64,000 bases of DNA from an uncultured delta proteobacterium (GCA_963704165.1 CAVPHD010000004.1:320001-384000); one strand, 5' to 3'; numbered from the stretch's first letter, positions 39,492 through 50,353 are shown. A program made the numbers and translations. The notes: generated from the sequence alone by a model not told the origin.

Positions 39492-40763
39492 TCAGCGCCG
39501 GCTCACGGGACCGGTCGGCGGGCGCGCGCGGAGCTCGGGGGCATGCCGGTGGATGCGAGCGAACGCCTCGAGCAGGTCGTCGACGTCGGCGTCGTTTCCG
39601 AGGAAGAGCTCGTGCGAGAGCCAGATCGACTCGTCGGCGGCTGCGCGCTGCGCGACGGGGAAACGCTGGCCGGCATACGAGATGCCCGCGCGCGACAGCG
39701 GATTGGTGTAGGGATCGGAGGAGAAGAGCGCGTCGTCGACCAGGGGCGTGTAGAAACGGCCGGAGCAGGGCACACCCTCGGCGCGAAGCGCCAGGATCAC
39801 GTGGTCTCGCGGCACGGCCGAGAACTCGCTCGGGTCGTAGCGAAGCACGAGCTGGTAGCTCGTTCGCTCGGTGACGCGCGCGTCGCGCTGGAGCGGACGC
39901 AGGCCGGGCACCCGGGCGATCTCGCGCTCGAAGCGCTCCACCTGCCGGGTCCGCCGTGCGTTCTGTCCCGGGAGACGCTCGAGCTGCGCGCGCGCGAGGG
40001 CCGCCTGGAACTCGGTCATGCGCAGGTTGTGGCCGAGCATCTGTTCGGGGAAGCCGTCGGAGCCGCTCTCCTTGCGGCCGCAGTTCACCAGCGACCAGAG
40101 ACGGGAGGCGATCGTTGCATCGCTGGTCGTGACGGCTCCGCCTTCGCCCGAGCTCAGGAGCTTCGTGCTCTGCAGCGAGAACGAGCCGAGATGTCCGAGT
40201 GACCCCGCGCGCCTGTCCCGCCAGCGGGCGCCGTGCGCGTGCGCGCAGTCCTCGACCACGAGGAGCGACCGGCGCTCGGCCAGCGTCCCGATCGCGTCCA
40301 TGTCGGCGAGCGAGCACGCCAGGTGCACGGGCAGGATCGCGGCGGTTCGCGGCGAGAGTCCGGCCTCGATGCGGCTCGGGTCGAGACAGTACGAATCCGG
40401 ATCGATGTCGACGAAAACCGGCACGCAGCCCGCCGCGATGATTCCACCCGCGGTACCCACGAACGTGTAGACGGACGTGATGACCTCGGAGCCGGGCGGA
40501 ACACGCGCCGCCTGCAGTGCGAGCATGAGCGAGAACGTGCCGTTTGCGCAGGGCACGGCGTGTTCGGTGCCGATGAACGCAGCGAACTCGCGCGAGAACG
40601 CCCAGCCCTCCGTGTTCGGGCTCGGATGGCCGCCCCAATTGCCGGAGTCGAGCACGCGCAGCACGGCATCGCGCTCGGGTTCGCCGTGCTCGGGCCACGC
40701 CGGCCAGGGCCGGGTGCGCACGGGCGGACCGCCGTGGATCGCGAGCGCGGTCATCGCTGCCAT
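39492..40763 (-). CDS. DegT/DnrJ/EryC1/StrS PLP aminotransferase (RifK/BtrR-like)
   Basis: Motifs LAIHGG, NGT, EDCAHAHG, SFSLQSTK..SGEGG and NLRMTEFQAA; AGGAG RBS. Confidence 0.9.
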   Translation of the reverse strand: MAAMTALAIHGGPPVRTRPWPAWPEHGEPERDAVLRVLDSGNWGGHPSPNTEGWAFSREFAAFIGTEHAVPCANGTFSLMLALQAARVPPGSEVITSVYTFVGTAGGIIAAGCVPVFVDIDPDSYCLDPSRIEAGLSPRTAAILPVHLACSLADMDAIGTLAERRSLLVVEDCAHAHGARWRDRRAGSLGHLGSFSLQSTKLLSSGEGGAVTTSDATIASRLWSLVNCGRKESGSDGFPEQMLGHNLRMTEFQAALARAQLERLPGQNARRTRQVERFEREIARVPGLRPLQRDARVTERTSYQLVLRYDPSEFSAVPRDHVILALRAEGVPCSGRFYTPLVDDALFSSDPYTNPLSRAGISYAGQRFPVAQRAAADESIWLSHELFLGNDADVDDLLEAFARIHRHAPELRARPPTGPVSRR

Positions 40764-40800
40764 GGCTCCTCTCGTGACGCGCACACTCTACCACGCGGTT

Positions 40801-40830
40801 TTGACACTCCGAGCGAGCCCCATGTAGGCT
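40801..40830 (+). promoter_or_regulatory. sigma70 promoter with leaderless start
   Basis: TTGACA-N18-TAGGCT ends 6 nt before the GTG at 40837. Confidence 0.55.
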
Positions 40831-40836
40831 CCGCGC

Positions 40837-41647
40837 GTGCCCCAGAAGTACGTCCACGTCGGTGGCGTGGCGACGTTCCTCCGACACGTCGGTCCGACGA
40901 CGCTGCCCGAGCGCCCGCCCCTCGTCACGAGCGGTGAGGCCGTCGTCTGCCTGCACGGATCGAGCGGGAACTCGGGGGTGTTCTCGGATCTGCTCGCGCG
41001 TCTCGAGCCGGCGCATAGTCCGATCGCCTTCGATCGCCCCGGACACGCGCGTTCGGGCGGACTCGACAGCCTGGCCGTCGATCGCGGGCATGAGCGAATT
41101 CACGCGCGCGTTCTGCGCCGCGCTCGGCATCGAGCGCTGCGTTCTGCTCGGCTCGTCGATGGGAGGATGCATCGCGCTCGAGACCGCGCTCGTCGCGCCC
41201 GCGCTCGTGAAGGCGCTCGTTCTCGTCGGCGCGGGAGCGCGCTTGCGACGATCAGCGACGACGCGCTCGAGAAGCTGCGTCTGGTCACCGAGGGAAAGGC
41301 GCGGCGCGAATTCGACCGCGGCGCCTACTCGCCCGCACGCCTCGCCGGACGTGATGCGCCGCGGCTTCATGGAGGACCTGAAGACGGATCCGCGGGTCGT
41401 CTACGGAAACGCCCTTGCGCTGCGCGGCTGGAGCCGCGTCGCCGATCTCGGGCGGATCGCGTGCCCGACGCTCGTCGTCGTCGGCGAGGACGACACCGAG
41501 ATGCGAAGCGAGTCGGAGCGGCTGGCTTCGGAGATCCGGGGCGCCCGGAGGGTCGTCGTGCCGAAGTGCGGTCACGGCGTCGCGCGCGAGCAGCCCGAGG
41601 CGCTGGCCGACGCGGTGCTGTCCTTTCTCTCCGGGCTGTCGCGGTGA
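40837..41647 (+). CDS. Alpha/beta-fold hydrolase (frameshifted in this sequence)
   Basis: CLHG, DRPGH, GSSMGG nucleophile elbow, VGEDD and CGH are spread over alternating frames. Confidence 0.8.
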
Positions 41648-42817
41648 GTCTCTCGCGCGCGATCGCGCTCGCGGGCGTCTACGAGCACCCGACGCGCTGG
41701 GCGCCGGACAAGACCGAGTTCCAGATCATGGCCGAGTGCGCGCGCGGCGCGCTCGAGGACTGCGGCCTGTCGCTCGCGCGACGTCGACGGCCTCTTCGCC
41801 GCGAGCATGTCGATGGGCGCCGATGGGCGTCGTCGACGCTGGCCGAGTACCTGAACCTGAAGCCGCGCTACCTCGACGGCACGAACATCGGCGGCTCGTC
41901 GTTCGTCGCCCACGTCAGCCACGCGGCGGCCGCCATCCACGCCGGGACTGTGCGAGGTCGCGCTCGATCCTGTACGGCAGCACGGCGGCCTCGAACGCCA
42001 TGGCCATCGGCACCGGCATGGGCATCGGGCCGCGACCCGGGCGGCGTCCTTCGTCGCGCCCGTACGGCACTGACGACGGTCGGCAGCTACGCGCTCGTCG
42101 CGCAGCCGCCACATGCAGCGCTACGGCACGACCTCCGAGCAGCTCGCCGAGATCGCCGTCACCATGCGGCGTCACGCGGGGCTGAACCCGAACGCCAAGA
42201 TGCGCAAGCCGATCACCGTCGACGACGTGCTCGCCAGCCGGATGATCTCGCGCCCGCTGCACCTGCTCGACTGCTGCATCATCAGCGACGGCGGCGGCGC
42301 GCTGGTGGTGACGAGCGCCGAGCGCGCACGCGATCTGCGCCAAGCGCGCCGGTGCTCCTGCTCGGCTGCGGCGAGGCGGTCTGCCACCAGGAGATCGGCG
42401 CGCCCGACCTGCTGACGATCGCCGCGAAGCAGTCCGGCGAGCAGGCCTTCGGCATGGCGGGCGTCACGCGCGACGACATCGATCTGTGCATGATCTACGA
42501 CTCGTTCACGATCACCGTGCTCGCGACGCTCGAGAACCTCGGCTTCTGCAAGCCGGGCGAGGGCGGCGACTTCGTCGTCGGGCGGGCGCATCGGCCTCGG
42601 CGGCGCGCTGCCGGTGAACCCCGACGGCGGCGGGCTCTCCTCGAACCATCCCGGCATGCGCGGCATCTTCCTGGTGATCGAGGCCGTGCAAGCAGCTCCG
42701 CGGCGAGTGCGGCGAGCGGCAGGTCGCGGACGCGCGGATCGCGCTCGCCCACGGCACCGGCGGCACGCTCGGCGTCGCAGCACAGCGGCGCGACGCTGAT
42801 CCTGGCGAGGGACGTGA
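41644..42817 (+). CDS. Thiolase-fold protein lacking the catalytic Cys (Ltp2/SCP2-type-2-like), multiple frameshifts
   Basis: DGTNIGGSS, HLLDCCIISDGGGA, YDSFT, NPDGGGLSSNHPG and AHGTGG occur across frames. Confidence 0.85.
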
Positions 42818-43240
42818 TGGCGCGCGAGATCGAGCACCCCGAGCGCCGTGCGCGCGACTGGGAGACCCGCGGCTACTGGGAGGGCGCCGGGCGCGGCGAG
42901 CTCGTGCTGCAGCGCTGCCGCGCCTGCGGCACCGTGCAGCACCGGCCGCGCGCGCTCTGCGTCACGCTGCCTCGCCGGCGACGATCGAGCACTTCGTGGC
43001 GAGCGGCCGCGGCACGGTGCTACACCTTCACGGTGACCGCACCAGAACCAGGTCCCCGCGTTCCGCGACGCCACGCCCGTACGTCCTCGCCTACGTCGAG
43101 CTCGAGGAGGGGCCGCGCCTGCTGACCAACGTCGTCGGCTGCGACGCCCGACGCGGTGCGCGATCGGCATGCCGGTCGCGGTCGACTTCCGCGCCGACGC
43201 AGACGGCGAGCTCGCGGTGCCCGTGTTCCGGCCGGCATGA
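42817..43240 (+). CDS. Zn-ribbon/OB-fold (DUF35) protein, frameshifted
   Basis: YWEGA..LVLQRCRACG..PRALC and PYVLAYVELEEGPRLLTNVV. Confidence 0.85.
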
Positions 43241-43866
43241 TCCTCGACCTGCACAACCACTCGATCTGTCCGACGACGGCCGCGCCAAGGTCGAGAACTA
43301 CTGCCAGTGGATCCGCAAGCGCGAGATCCCGCTCGACGGCTTCGTGCTGACCGAGCACCGCCAGTTCGACGCCGAGTCGGACTACCGGCCGCTCGAGGAC
43401 GAGTACGGCCTGCTGATCCTGAAGGCCAGCGAGGTCGAGACGGACTACGGCCACGTGCTCGTCTTCGGCGTGAACGACGACCTGCGCGCGGCCTTCGACT
43501 TCGCGCGCATCGACCTCCCGCTCGACGTGGTGCTGCGCGAGACGGAGCGCTGCGGCGGCGTCGCCGTGCCCTGCCACCCGGGCCGGCCGCAGCGTCGGGC
43601 TCTTCGCCCACTACGAGACGAGCGGCCCGGTCGAGGGCGTGCGGGTCGTCGAGACGCTCAACGGCGGCAGCCGGGCGCGGCGAGGACGAGGCCGCTCTCG
43701 CGCTGGCCGAGCAGCCACGGCTACCGGGGCATCGGCGGCAGCGACGCGCACATCGTGAGCCAGATCGGCCGCTGCGTGACGCGCTTTCCGCGCGCGATCC
43801 GCGACGGCGAGGCGCTGGTCGCGGCGCTTCGCGCGGGAGAATTCGAGGCGACTTTCATGGAAGTAG
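43237..43866 (+). CDS. PHP-domain metallohydrolase, frameshifted
   Basis: Motifs DLHNH, LTEH, EV..GHVLVFG, CHP, ETLNG and GGSDAH. Confidence 0.85.
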
Positions 43867-44314
43867 ACGTCGAGAAGCTGAAGCGGGACTGGACGGGATT
43901 CGACGTTCGACACGCGCCGAGTTCGAGGTTCAGACCTCGGACCTGGTCGCGTTCGCCCGCGCCTGCGGCGAGATCGACGCGCGCTACACCGATCCGGCGC
44001 ACCCCGACTTCCAGGCGGTGCCGAACTTCACGTCGCGCTACGTCGGGCGCCGCGTCCTGCCGGACAGCTTCCCCCGGCTCGGCGAGTGGCTACGGCTTCG
44101 ACGCGGGCAAGTGCGTGATCCCGCTCGCGCCGATCCGCGCCGGGCGACAAGGTCGTCGCGGCGCGGAGCCAGATCTACGACATCTACACGAAGACGGGTC
44201 GCTCCGGGACGATGCTCTTCATCGTCCACCGGATGGAGTTCTCGCAACCAGCGCGGCGAGCCCGTCTCGATCGTCGACTGGCGCATGGTCCAGCAGGAGC
44301 GGGGTGCGCGATGA
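43857..44314 (+). CDS. MaoC/FAS1-like dehydratase (hot-dog fold, partner subunit), frameshifted
   Basis: FARACGE..YTDP, PIRAGD and KTGRSGTMLFIV..NQRGE. Confidence 0.75.
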
Positions 44315-44718
44315 GCCTCGGCTACGACGACGTGGACTTCGGTGCGGAGCTTCCGCCGGCGGCTCCGGACGTGACGCTCGCGACCGTGCGTCGCTTCACC
44401 GCGGCGGCGGGCATGACCTTCGCCCGCTTCAACGATCACGACGAGGCGCGCAAGGAGGGACTCCCCGGCGCGATCGTGCCGGGGATCATGAGCCAGGGCA
44501 TTCTCGTCGCGCTGATCCATCGCTGGGCGCCGCAGGCCGTGGTGCGAAAGATCGACACGATCTTTCGCGCGCCGATCCAGGTCGACTCGCATCCGGTCGC
44601 GCGCGGCGTCGTCACCGACAAGAACGACGAGACGCGCACGCTCGAGATCGACCTCACGATCCAGAACGAGGCCAAGGAGACGCGCGTCGTCGGCACGGCG
44701 ACGGTCGAGCTCCCCTGA
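44311..44718 (+). CDS. MaoC family dehydratase
   Basis: YDDVDFGAELP, DHDEARKEGLPGAIVPG, FRAP and VGTATVEL. Confidence 0.85.
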   Translation: MSLGYDDVDFGAELPPAAPDVTLATVRRFTAAAGMTFARFNDHDEARKEGLPGAIVPGIMSQGILVALIHRWAPQAVVRKIDTIFRAPIQVDSHPVARGVVTDKNDETRTLEIDLTIQNEAKETRVVGTATVELP

Positions 44719-44788
44719 GCGGATCTGTCGTCGGTGGCGTCCATGTCACGTGTCGACACACGTGTGCATCGGGTGGCTGAGCGCGCTC

Positions 44789-44816
44789 TCAACCGCACCC
44801 GCTCCGTCGCCGAGAA
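44789..44816 (+). promoter_or_regulatory. sigma28-like promoter of the PilZ gene
   Basis: TCAA-N16-GCCGAGAA ends 6 nt before the GTG. Confidence 0.5.
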
Positions 44817-44822
44817 AGACAC

Positions 44823-45452
44823 GTGGTCGAAATCCCGAACCCGCGTGTGATCCTCTCGCTCGCCCCGCCCCAGAGTTACGTTCCGCTTGCGCGCCTCAAG
44901 CTCTCGCAGGCGGGCTATTCCGTGATCTCCGAGGATCGCTGGGAGGCTCACTACCGCAACGTCGGGCGCTCGCCCGATCTCGTGATCGTCGACGCCGAGC
45001 GCGTGAGCGAGCTCTCCGGACTGCCGGGAATCCTGCTCTACTCGCGCGGACAGAACGTGCCCTGGGCCGCGAGCGCGGTGGGCTCGATCGAACGTCCCGC
45101 CGGCTTCCACGACCTGTACCGGCTCGTTCAAACCGCGCTCGAGCCGAACCCGCGCGCGACACCGCGTGTACCGACGAGCATTCCCGCGCGCGTCCGTTCC
45201 GCCGCCGGCGGCGAGGACGCACAGGTCGTATCGCTCTCGCGGGGAGGTTGTCTGTTGCGCCGCGAGAACCCGCCGGAGCCGGGTGAGGAGGTTCTCATCG
45301 AGTTCGAACTTCCGCGCGTCGGCACGCTCGAGATCATCGGCCGGTCCGTCTACCGGCGCGTCTGCGAAGCCGGGTTCGTCTTCCGAAATCTCTCGACACC
45401 CGCAAGCCGCGGGATCCAGAGCTTCGTCGAGGAGCGCATGCTCGCGGTGTGA
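44823..45452 (+). CDS. PilZ-domain protein with degenerate receiver-like N-terminus
   Basis: [15 protein letters not shown] and GFVF; N-terminal PDLVIVD. Confidence 0.75.
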   Translation: MVEIPNPRVILSLAPPQSYVPLARLKLSQAGYSVISEDRWEAHYRNVGRSPDLVIVDAERVSELSGLPGILLYSRGQNVPWAASAVGSIERPAGFHDLYRLVQTALEPNPRATPRVPTSIPARVRSAAGGEDAQVVSLSRGGCLLRRENPPEPGEEVLIEFELPRVGTLEIIGRSVYRRVCEAGFVFRNLSTPASRGIQSFVEERMLAV

Positions 45453-45475
45453 TTCGCGACCGCGGCCCCCGCTCT

Positions 45476-46612
45476 TCAGCCGATCGCCTTCGCCTCGCGC
45501 AGCCTCGCGATCTCGTCCGCACCGAAGCCCCAGTCGCGCAGCGCCTCGTCGGTGTGTTCACCGACGCGCGCCGGTGCCCGCTGGATACCGGAGTCCGTTC
45601 GGCTGAAGCGCGGTGACGGCCGCGGCTGCTCGACGCCCGCCAGCTCGACGAACGTTCCGCGCGCGACGTTGTGGGGGTGGCGTCGTGCCTCCGCGATCGA
45701 GAGCACGGGAGCGAAGCAGACGTCGCTGCCCTCCAGGATCGCGCACCACTCCGCGCGCGTCTCTCGTCAGGAAGACCTCGCGCAATCGCTCCTTCAGCGC
45801 GGGCCAGCGGGTGCGATCCATCTGCGGGCGCGAACTCGTCGGCGGAAAGACCCATGCGCACGAGAAGCTCGGCGTAGAACTGGGGCTCGATCGAGCCGAT
45901 CGAGACGAAGCGGCCGTCGGAGGTCTCGTACACGTCGTAGAAGTGCGCACCGGTGTCGAGCATGTTGGTGCCGCGTTCCTCGCTCCACCAGCCCGACTGC
46001 TGCGCCGAGTGGAAGATCGTCATCAGCGTGGCGGCACCGTCGACCATGGCGGCGTCGACGACCTGCCCCTTGCCCGACCGCACGCGCTCGAGCAACGCGC
46101 AGACCATGCCGAACGCGAGCAGCAGACCGCCGCCACCGAAATCGCCCACGAGATTCAGCGGCGGCGTCGGCGGCTGGCCGCGCCGGCCGATCGGATCGAG
46201 CGCGCCCGCGAGCGCGATGTAGTTGATGTCGTGACCGGCGGCCTGCGCGAGCGGCCCCGTCTGCCCGAAGCCGGTCATGCGGCCGTAGACGAGCCGCGGG
46301 TTCCGATCGAGGCAGACGTCCGGGCCCGAGGCCGAGGCGCTCCATCACGCCGGGGCGGAAGCCCTCGAGCAGGCCGTCGGCGCGCTCGACCAGGCGCAGC
46401 ACCGTCGCGACTCCCTCGGGGCTCTTCAGGTCGACGGCGATGCAGCGCCGGCTCGCGAGAAGCAGATCGCCCGACGCGTCGCCCGGAGCCATGCGCGCGA
46501 GCCGCTCGACTCGCAGCACCTCGGCGCCCATGTCGGCGAGCATCATCGCGCAGAACGGACCCGGGCCGATGCCCGCGATCTCGACGATGCGCATTCCCTC
46601 GAGCGGTCCCAT
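45476..46612 (-). CDS. CaiB/BaiF CoA-transferase, alpha-methylacyl-CoA racemase-like (frameshifted)
   Basis: Motifs [33 protein letters not shown] and NLVGDFGGG. Confidence 0.9.
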
Positions 46613-46869
46613 TCGCCGCGAGCATACGAGCCGTCTCCGTCCGATGGCAAACGAAGCTGCGACGTCGGTCGAGGTCGGATGCGACTCACTGCATCGCCGA
46701 CGTTCGAGAACACCGCCACTCCGCGAAGGAAGAACGCGTTTCCAGAGCCGCCGGGTGTCTCACTCGAATACGTCCGCGGCGGTCTTCGCATCGGGCGAGA
46801 AGGGCCGTCTCTGGGCCGTCCGGGGCTCATGCGTGCGCAACTTCGCCCGGGCTGGGAAGCGACGATCCA

Positions 46870-46896
46870 TCAGCCCGGACGGTCGTCCGCCGATAC
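46870..46896 (+). promoter_or_regulatory. sigma28-like promoter of the hybrid kinase
   Basis: TCAG-N15-GCCGATAC. Confidence 0.5.
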
Positions 46897-46933
46897 AGCA
46901 TAGAGCGCGTTGATATCGCGCCAAAGACCTGCG

Positions 46934-48740
46934 ATGACCCGTCTCTGGCACAGCTTCGTCACGCCGATTCGCGACGAGGATCTTCCGGATCTGTGGAAGC
47001 TTCTGACTCGCGGAGGTCGGCTGATCTGCGCCATTTCGGCGTTCGCGCTGGTGCCGTTCACGCTCGTGTGCGCGCTCGCCGGGAACATCGACGCGGGCCG
47101 CGCGGCGGTCTTCTACGCCGTCACCCTGGGCATCGCCGTGGGCTGTTGTGCCGTGGCGAAGACCGGCTGGGGACGGCGTCACTCCTCGGCGCTCTTGTTC
47201 CTTCTCGTCACCGTCGTCAACGCGGCTCTGCTGTTCGCGGGGGTTCCAGACCCTGACGGGCGCGAACCCGTTGAGGACGTTCGGCCTGCTCTCGCCCCTG
47301 CTCATGGCCTGTCTGGCGCCGTGGCGGCCGACGCTCTCGCTTGCACTCGCCGCGGAGCTGGCTGCGATCTACCTGCTGTCTCTGTGGATCGCACCCGATC
47401 CCGCGGGTGGCAGCACCGCGGCGTCTCTCGGAATCGCCGCGCTCGCCGGAGTCGCCGGGGCGGTGACCTGCCAGACTCACCGGACGGTCTGGGCCTCGCT
47501 GCATCGCGCGCAAGCCCAGGCGGACGACGCGTGCAAGGTCGCGCTGGCGGCAGACCGGGCGAAGTCGGAGTTCCTGGCGAACATGAGTCACGAGATCCGA
47601 ACGCCGCTGACGGCGATACTCGGCTTCACCGACGAGTTGATCGACGAGGCCGTCCGCACGGGCCGTCCGACCGGACCCGATCCGGCCCTCCTCACGGTGA
47701 AGCGCAACAGCAAACACCTGCTCGCGGTCGTGAACGACATCCTGGATCTTTCGCGCATCGAGGCCGGGAAGTTCACGCTGGAGAGCGTGGCCTGCTCACC
47801 GGTGCAGATCGTATCCGACGTCGTCGCATTGCTGCGCCCGCGCGCTCTCGAAAAACAGCTTCGCTTCGAAACTCGCTACCGCGGCGCGATCCCCGAACAG
47901 ATCCACTCCGATCCGACGCGCCTGCACCAGATCCTGGTGAATCTGGCCGGGAACGCGATCAAGTTCACCGAGTACGGTGCAATCACCTTGAGGCTCGAGC
48001 TGATCCCGGCGACGGTCGAGAGCGGGCCGCTGCTCGCGATCGACGTCGCGGACACCGGCGTCGGATTGAACGCGGAGGAGCAGAGCCGCATCTTCGAGGC
48101 CTTCGCGCAGGCGGACCAATCCCTCGCGCGCCGCCACGGCGGCACGGGACTCGGCCTGACGATCTCCCGCGCGCTGGCGCGCCTGCTGGGCGGCGACCTG
48201 ACCGTGGAAAGCGCTTCCGGTCTTGGGAGCACGTTCCGCGCCACGATTGCGACGGGCCCGCTCGAAGGCGTGCGCATGCTCGAGCCGACGCACGAGATCT
48301 CGAGCCCGCCCACGAAGCAGCCGATCGTGGAAGTCGAGCGCGAGCCCGAGCCGCTGCGCGGCCGCGTTCTGCTGGCCGAGGACGGAGCCGACAACCGCGT
48401 CCTGATCTCGCTCGTGCTTCGGCGCGCCGGTCTCGAGGTCGAGATCGCGTGCGACGGCCAGATCGCCTACGAGATGGTGGTCGCGGCGCAAGAACGCGGC
48501 GAGCCCTTCGACCTCGTCGTCATGGACATGCAGATGCCGCTGATGACGGGATACGAGGCCACCGCAGCGCTGCGAAGCGAGGGCTTCGAGACCCCGATCC
48601 TCGCACTCACCGCGCAGGCGATGGCTGGCGATCGCGAGCGGTGCCTCGCGTCGGGCTGCGACGAGTATCTGTCCAAGCCGATCGACCGCGGACGTCTCGT
48701 CACGCTCGTGGGCGGGTTGTTGCAGAAGCGGTCCGCCTGA
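46934..48740 (+). CDS. Membrane hybrid sensor histidine kinase/response regulator (+1 G frameshift at 47239-47243)
   Basis: Multi-TM N-terminus; MSHEIRTPL, NAIKFT, DTGVG, GTGLGL and receiver MDMQMP..KP. Confidence 0.9.
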
Positions 48741-48795
48741 AGAGGATCGGGTCTCTCCCCGCGCGCGCTCGCGTATGATGAGCGCGGAGGTGGAG

Positions 48796-49548
48796 ATGCG
48801 GCGGTTCGAGGGCAGGAGCGCAGTGATCACGGGCGCGGCGAGCGGTATCGGCCGTGCGACCGCAGAGCGGATGGCGACCGAGGGCGCGCGGCTCTTCCTG
48901 CTCGACGTCCAGGCGCCGGCGCTCGACGAAACCGCGAAGACCCTCCGCGAGATCGGCGCGGACGTCGAGACCCGGATCTGCGACGTCTCCGATCCCGAGG
49001 CCGCTCGCGCGTCGGTCGAAGCGGCGGTAAAGCGTTTCGGTCGGCTCGACGTGCTCTGCAACATCGCCGGGATCCTCCACTTCGATCACACGCACGAACT
49101 CTCGCTCGACACCTGGCGGCGAATCCTCTCGGTCAATCTCGATGGCACGTTCTTCATGTGCCAGGCTTCGCTTCCACACCTGCTGCAAGCGCGTGGCAAC
49201 ATCGTGAACATGTCCTCCACCGCGGCGCTCGCGGGTCATCCGTGGACGGCTGCGTACTCGGCTTCCAAGGGAGGGGTGCTCGCGCTCACCTACACGCTCG
49301 CGATCGAGTACTGCGCACAGGGCTTGCGCGCCAACGCGGTCTGTCCCGGATCGGTTCAGACGCCGATCCACTCGGTCTTCAAGCTCCCGCCCGGGGCCGA
49401 TCGCAAGCTCCTCTACCGGATCATGCCTCCCGACGGCGCCTTCCGCGGGCCGGAGGCCGCGGCCGCGGCGGTTGCCTTCCTCGCTTCGGACGACGCCTCG
49501 CACATCAACGGCACCGAGATCCGGGTGGATGGCGGCACCTTGTCCTGA
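48796..49548 (+). CDS. SDR family oxidoreductase
   Basis: TGAASGIG, YSASK and VDGG; GGAGG precedes the ATG at 48796 (alternative start 48775). Confidence 0.92.
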   Translation: MRRFEGRSAVITGAASGIGRATAERMATEGARLFLLDVQAPALDETAKTLREIGADVETRICDVSDPEAARASVEAAVKRFGRLDVLCNIAGILHFDHTHELSLDTWRRILSVNLDGTFFMCQASLPHLLQARGNIVNMSSTAALAGHPWTAAYSASKGGVLALTYTLAIEYCAQGLRANAVCPGSVQTPIHSVFKLPPGADRKLLYRIMPPDGAFRGPEAAAAAVAFLASDDASHINGTEIRVDGGTLS

Positions 49549-49564
49549 CGTTTCGCGCTTCGGG

Positions 49565-50353
49565 TTAGAGATCGGGGAGCGAGAGCGGGAAGTTCGTGGT
49601 CTCGGTCCCGCCGTCGACCTCGACGATCTTTCCGGTCACCCAGCCGCCGGCATCCGAGGCGAGCCAGAGGGCGGCCGCGGCGATGTCTTCGGGACGGCCC
49701 ACGCGGCGCAGCGGTGTCATCGCCTCCATCTTCTCGCGCATGCCCTCGGCTGCGAGGAACGGCGCGAGCGCGGAGGTCTCGACGGCGCCGACGCTGATCG
49801 CGTTCACGCGCACGCGCGGCGCGAGCTCGTTCGCGAGCAGCCTCGTCAGGTGAGAGAGCGCGGCCTTCGACGTGCCGTACGCGCTGAAGCCGCGGTCGGT
49901 GATTCGTCCGAGGGCCGACGAGATGTTCACGATGGCTCCGCCGGACTTCGCGAGCATGTGGGGCACCGAGAGGCGGGCGAGCAGGAAGGCCGACGTGACG
50001 TTGAACCGGAACGACTCTTCGAAGAGGCGCTCGCTCGTCTGCAGGAACGGCTTCCACGGCGAGCCACCGGCGTTGTTCACCAGCACGTCGATCCGGCCGA
50101 ACTCGGACATCGCGCGCGTGACCAAGGTCTCGAGCTGTGCGCGCTCCATGACGTCGCATCGAATCGCGAGCGCGCGTCGGCCGAGCGCGCGCACGCGCGC
50201 CGCGACGTCGTCGATCTCGCTCTGGGTACGCGCGGCGCAGACGACGTCGGCACCGGCCTCCGCGAAGCCGAGCGCGATTCCCGCGCCGATCCCACGTCCC
50301 GCACCCGTGACGATCGCGGCCTTCCCGTCGAGTCTGAATCGATCGAGGATCAT
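49565..50353 (-). CDS. SDR family oxidoreductase (7-alpha-hydroxysteroid dehydrogenase-like)
   Basis: MILDRFRLDGKAAIVTGAGRGIG, NNAGG and YGTSK; AGGAGG RBS. Confidence 0.9.
   Translation of the reverse strand: MILDRFRLDGKAAIVTGAGRGIGAGIALGFAEAGADVVCAARTQSEIDDVAARVRALGRRALAIRCDVMERAQLETLVTRAMSEFGRIDVLVNNAGGSPWKPFLQTSERLFEESFRFNVTSAFLLARLSVPHMLAKSGGAIVNISSALGRITDRGFSAYGTSKAALSHLTRLLANELAPRVRVNAISVGAVETSALAPFLAAEGMREKMEAMTPLRRVGRPEDIAAAALWLASDAGGWVTGKIVEVDGGTETTNFPLSLPDL

Noticed and set aside
38128..41370. 1080-aa ORF suggesting a giant P450 fusion
   Set aside because: Only the last ~448 aa are P450; the upstream part is an off-frame read-through of the DegT gene and antisense of the hydrolase.
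40837..43125. 762-aa ORF that appears to fuse hydrolase, thiolase and OB-fold segments
   Set aside because: A mosaic produced by indels; separate overlapping start/stop junctions are visible at 41644 and 42817.
46613..46869. Hairpins in the CoA-transferase / kinase spacer
   Set aside because: The stems are short and imperfect and plausible by chance at this GC content; only the promoter motifs were retained.
47239..47243. G5 run frameshifting the hybrid kinase as phase variation or programmed frameshift
   Set aside because: The run is too short for typical slipped-strand switching, and similar indels affect many unrelated genes nearby.
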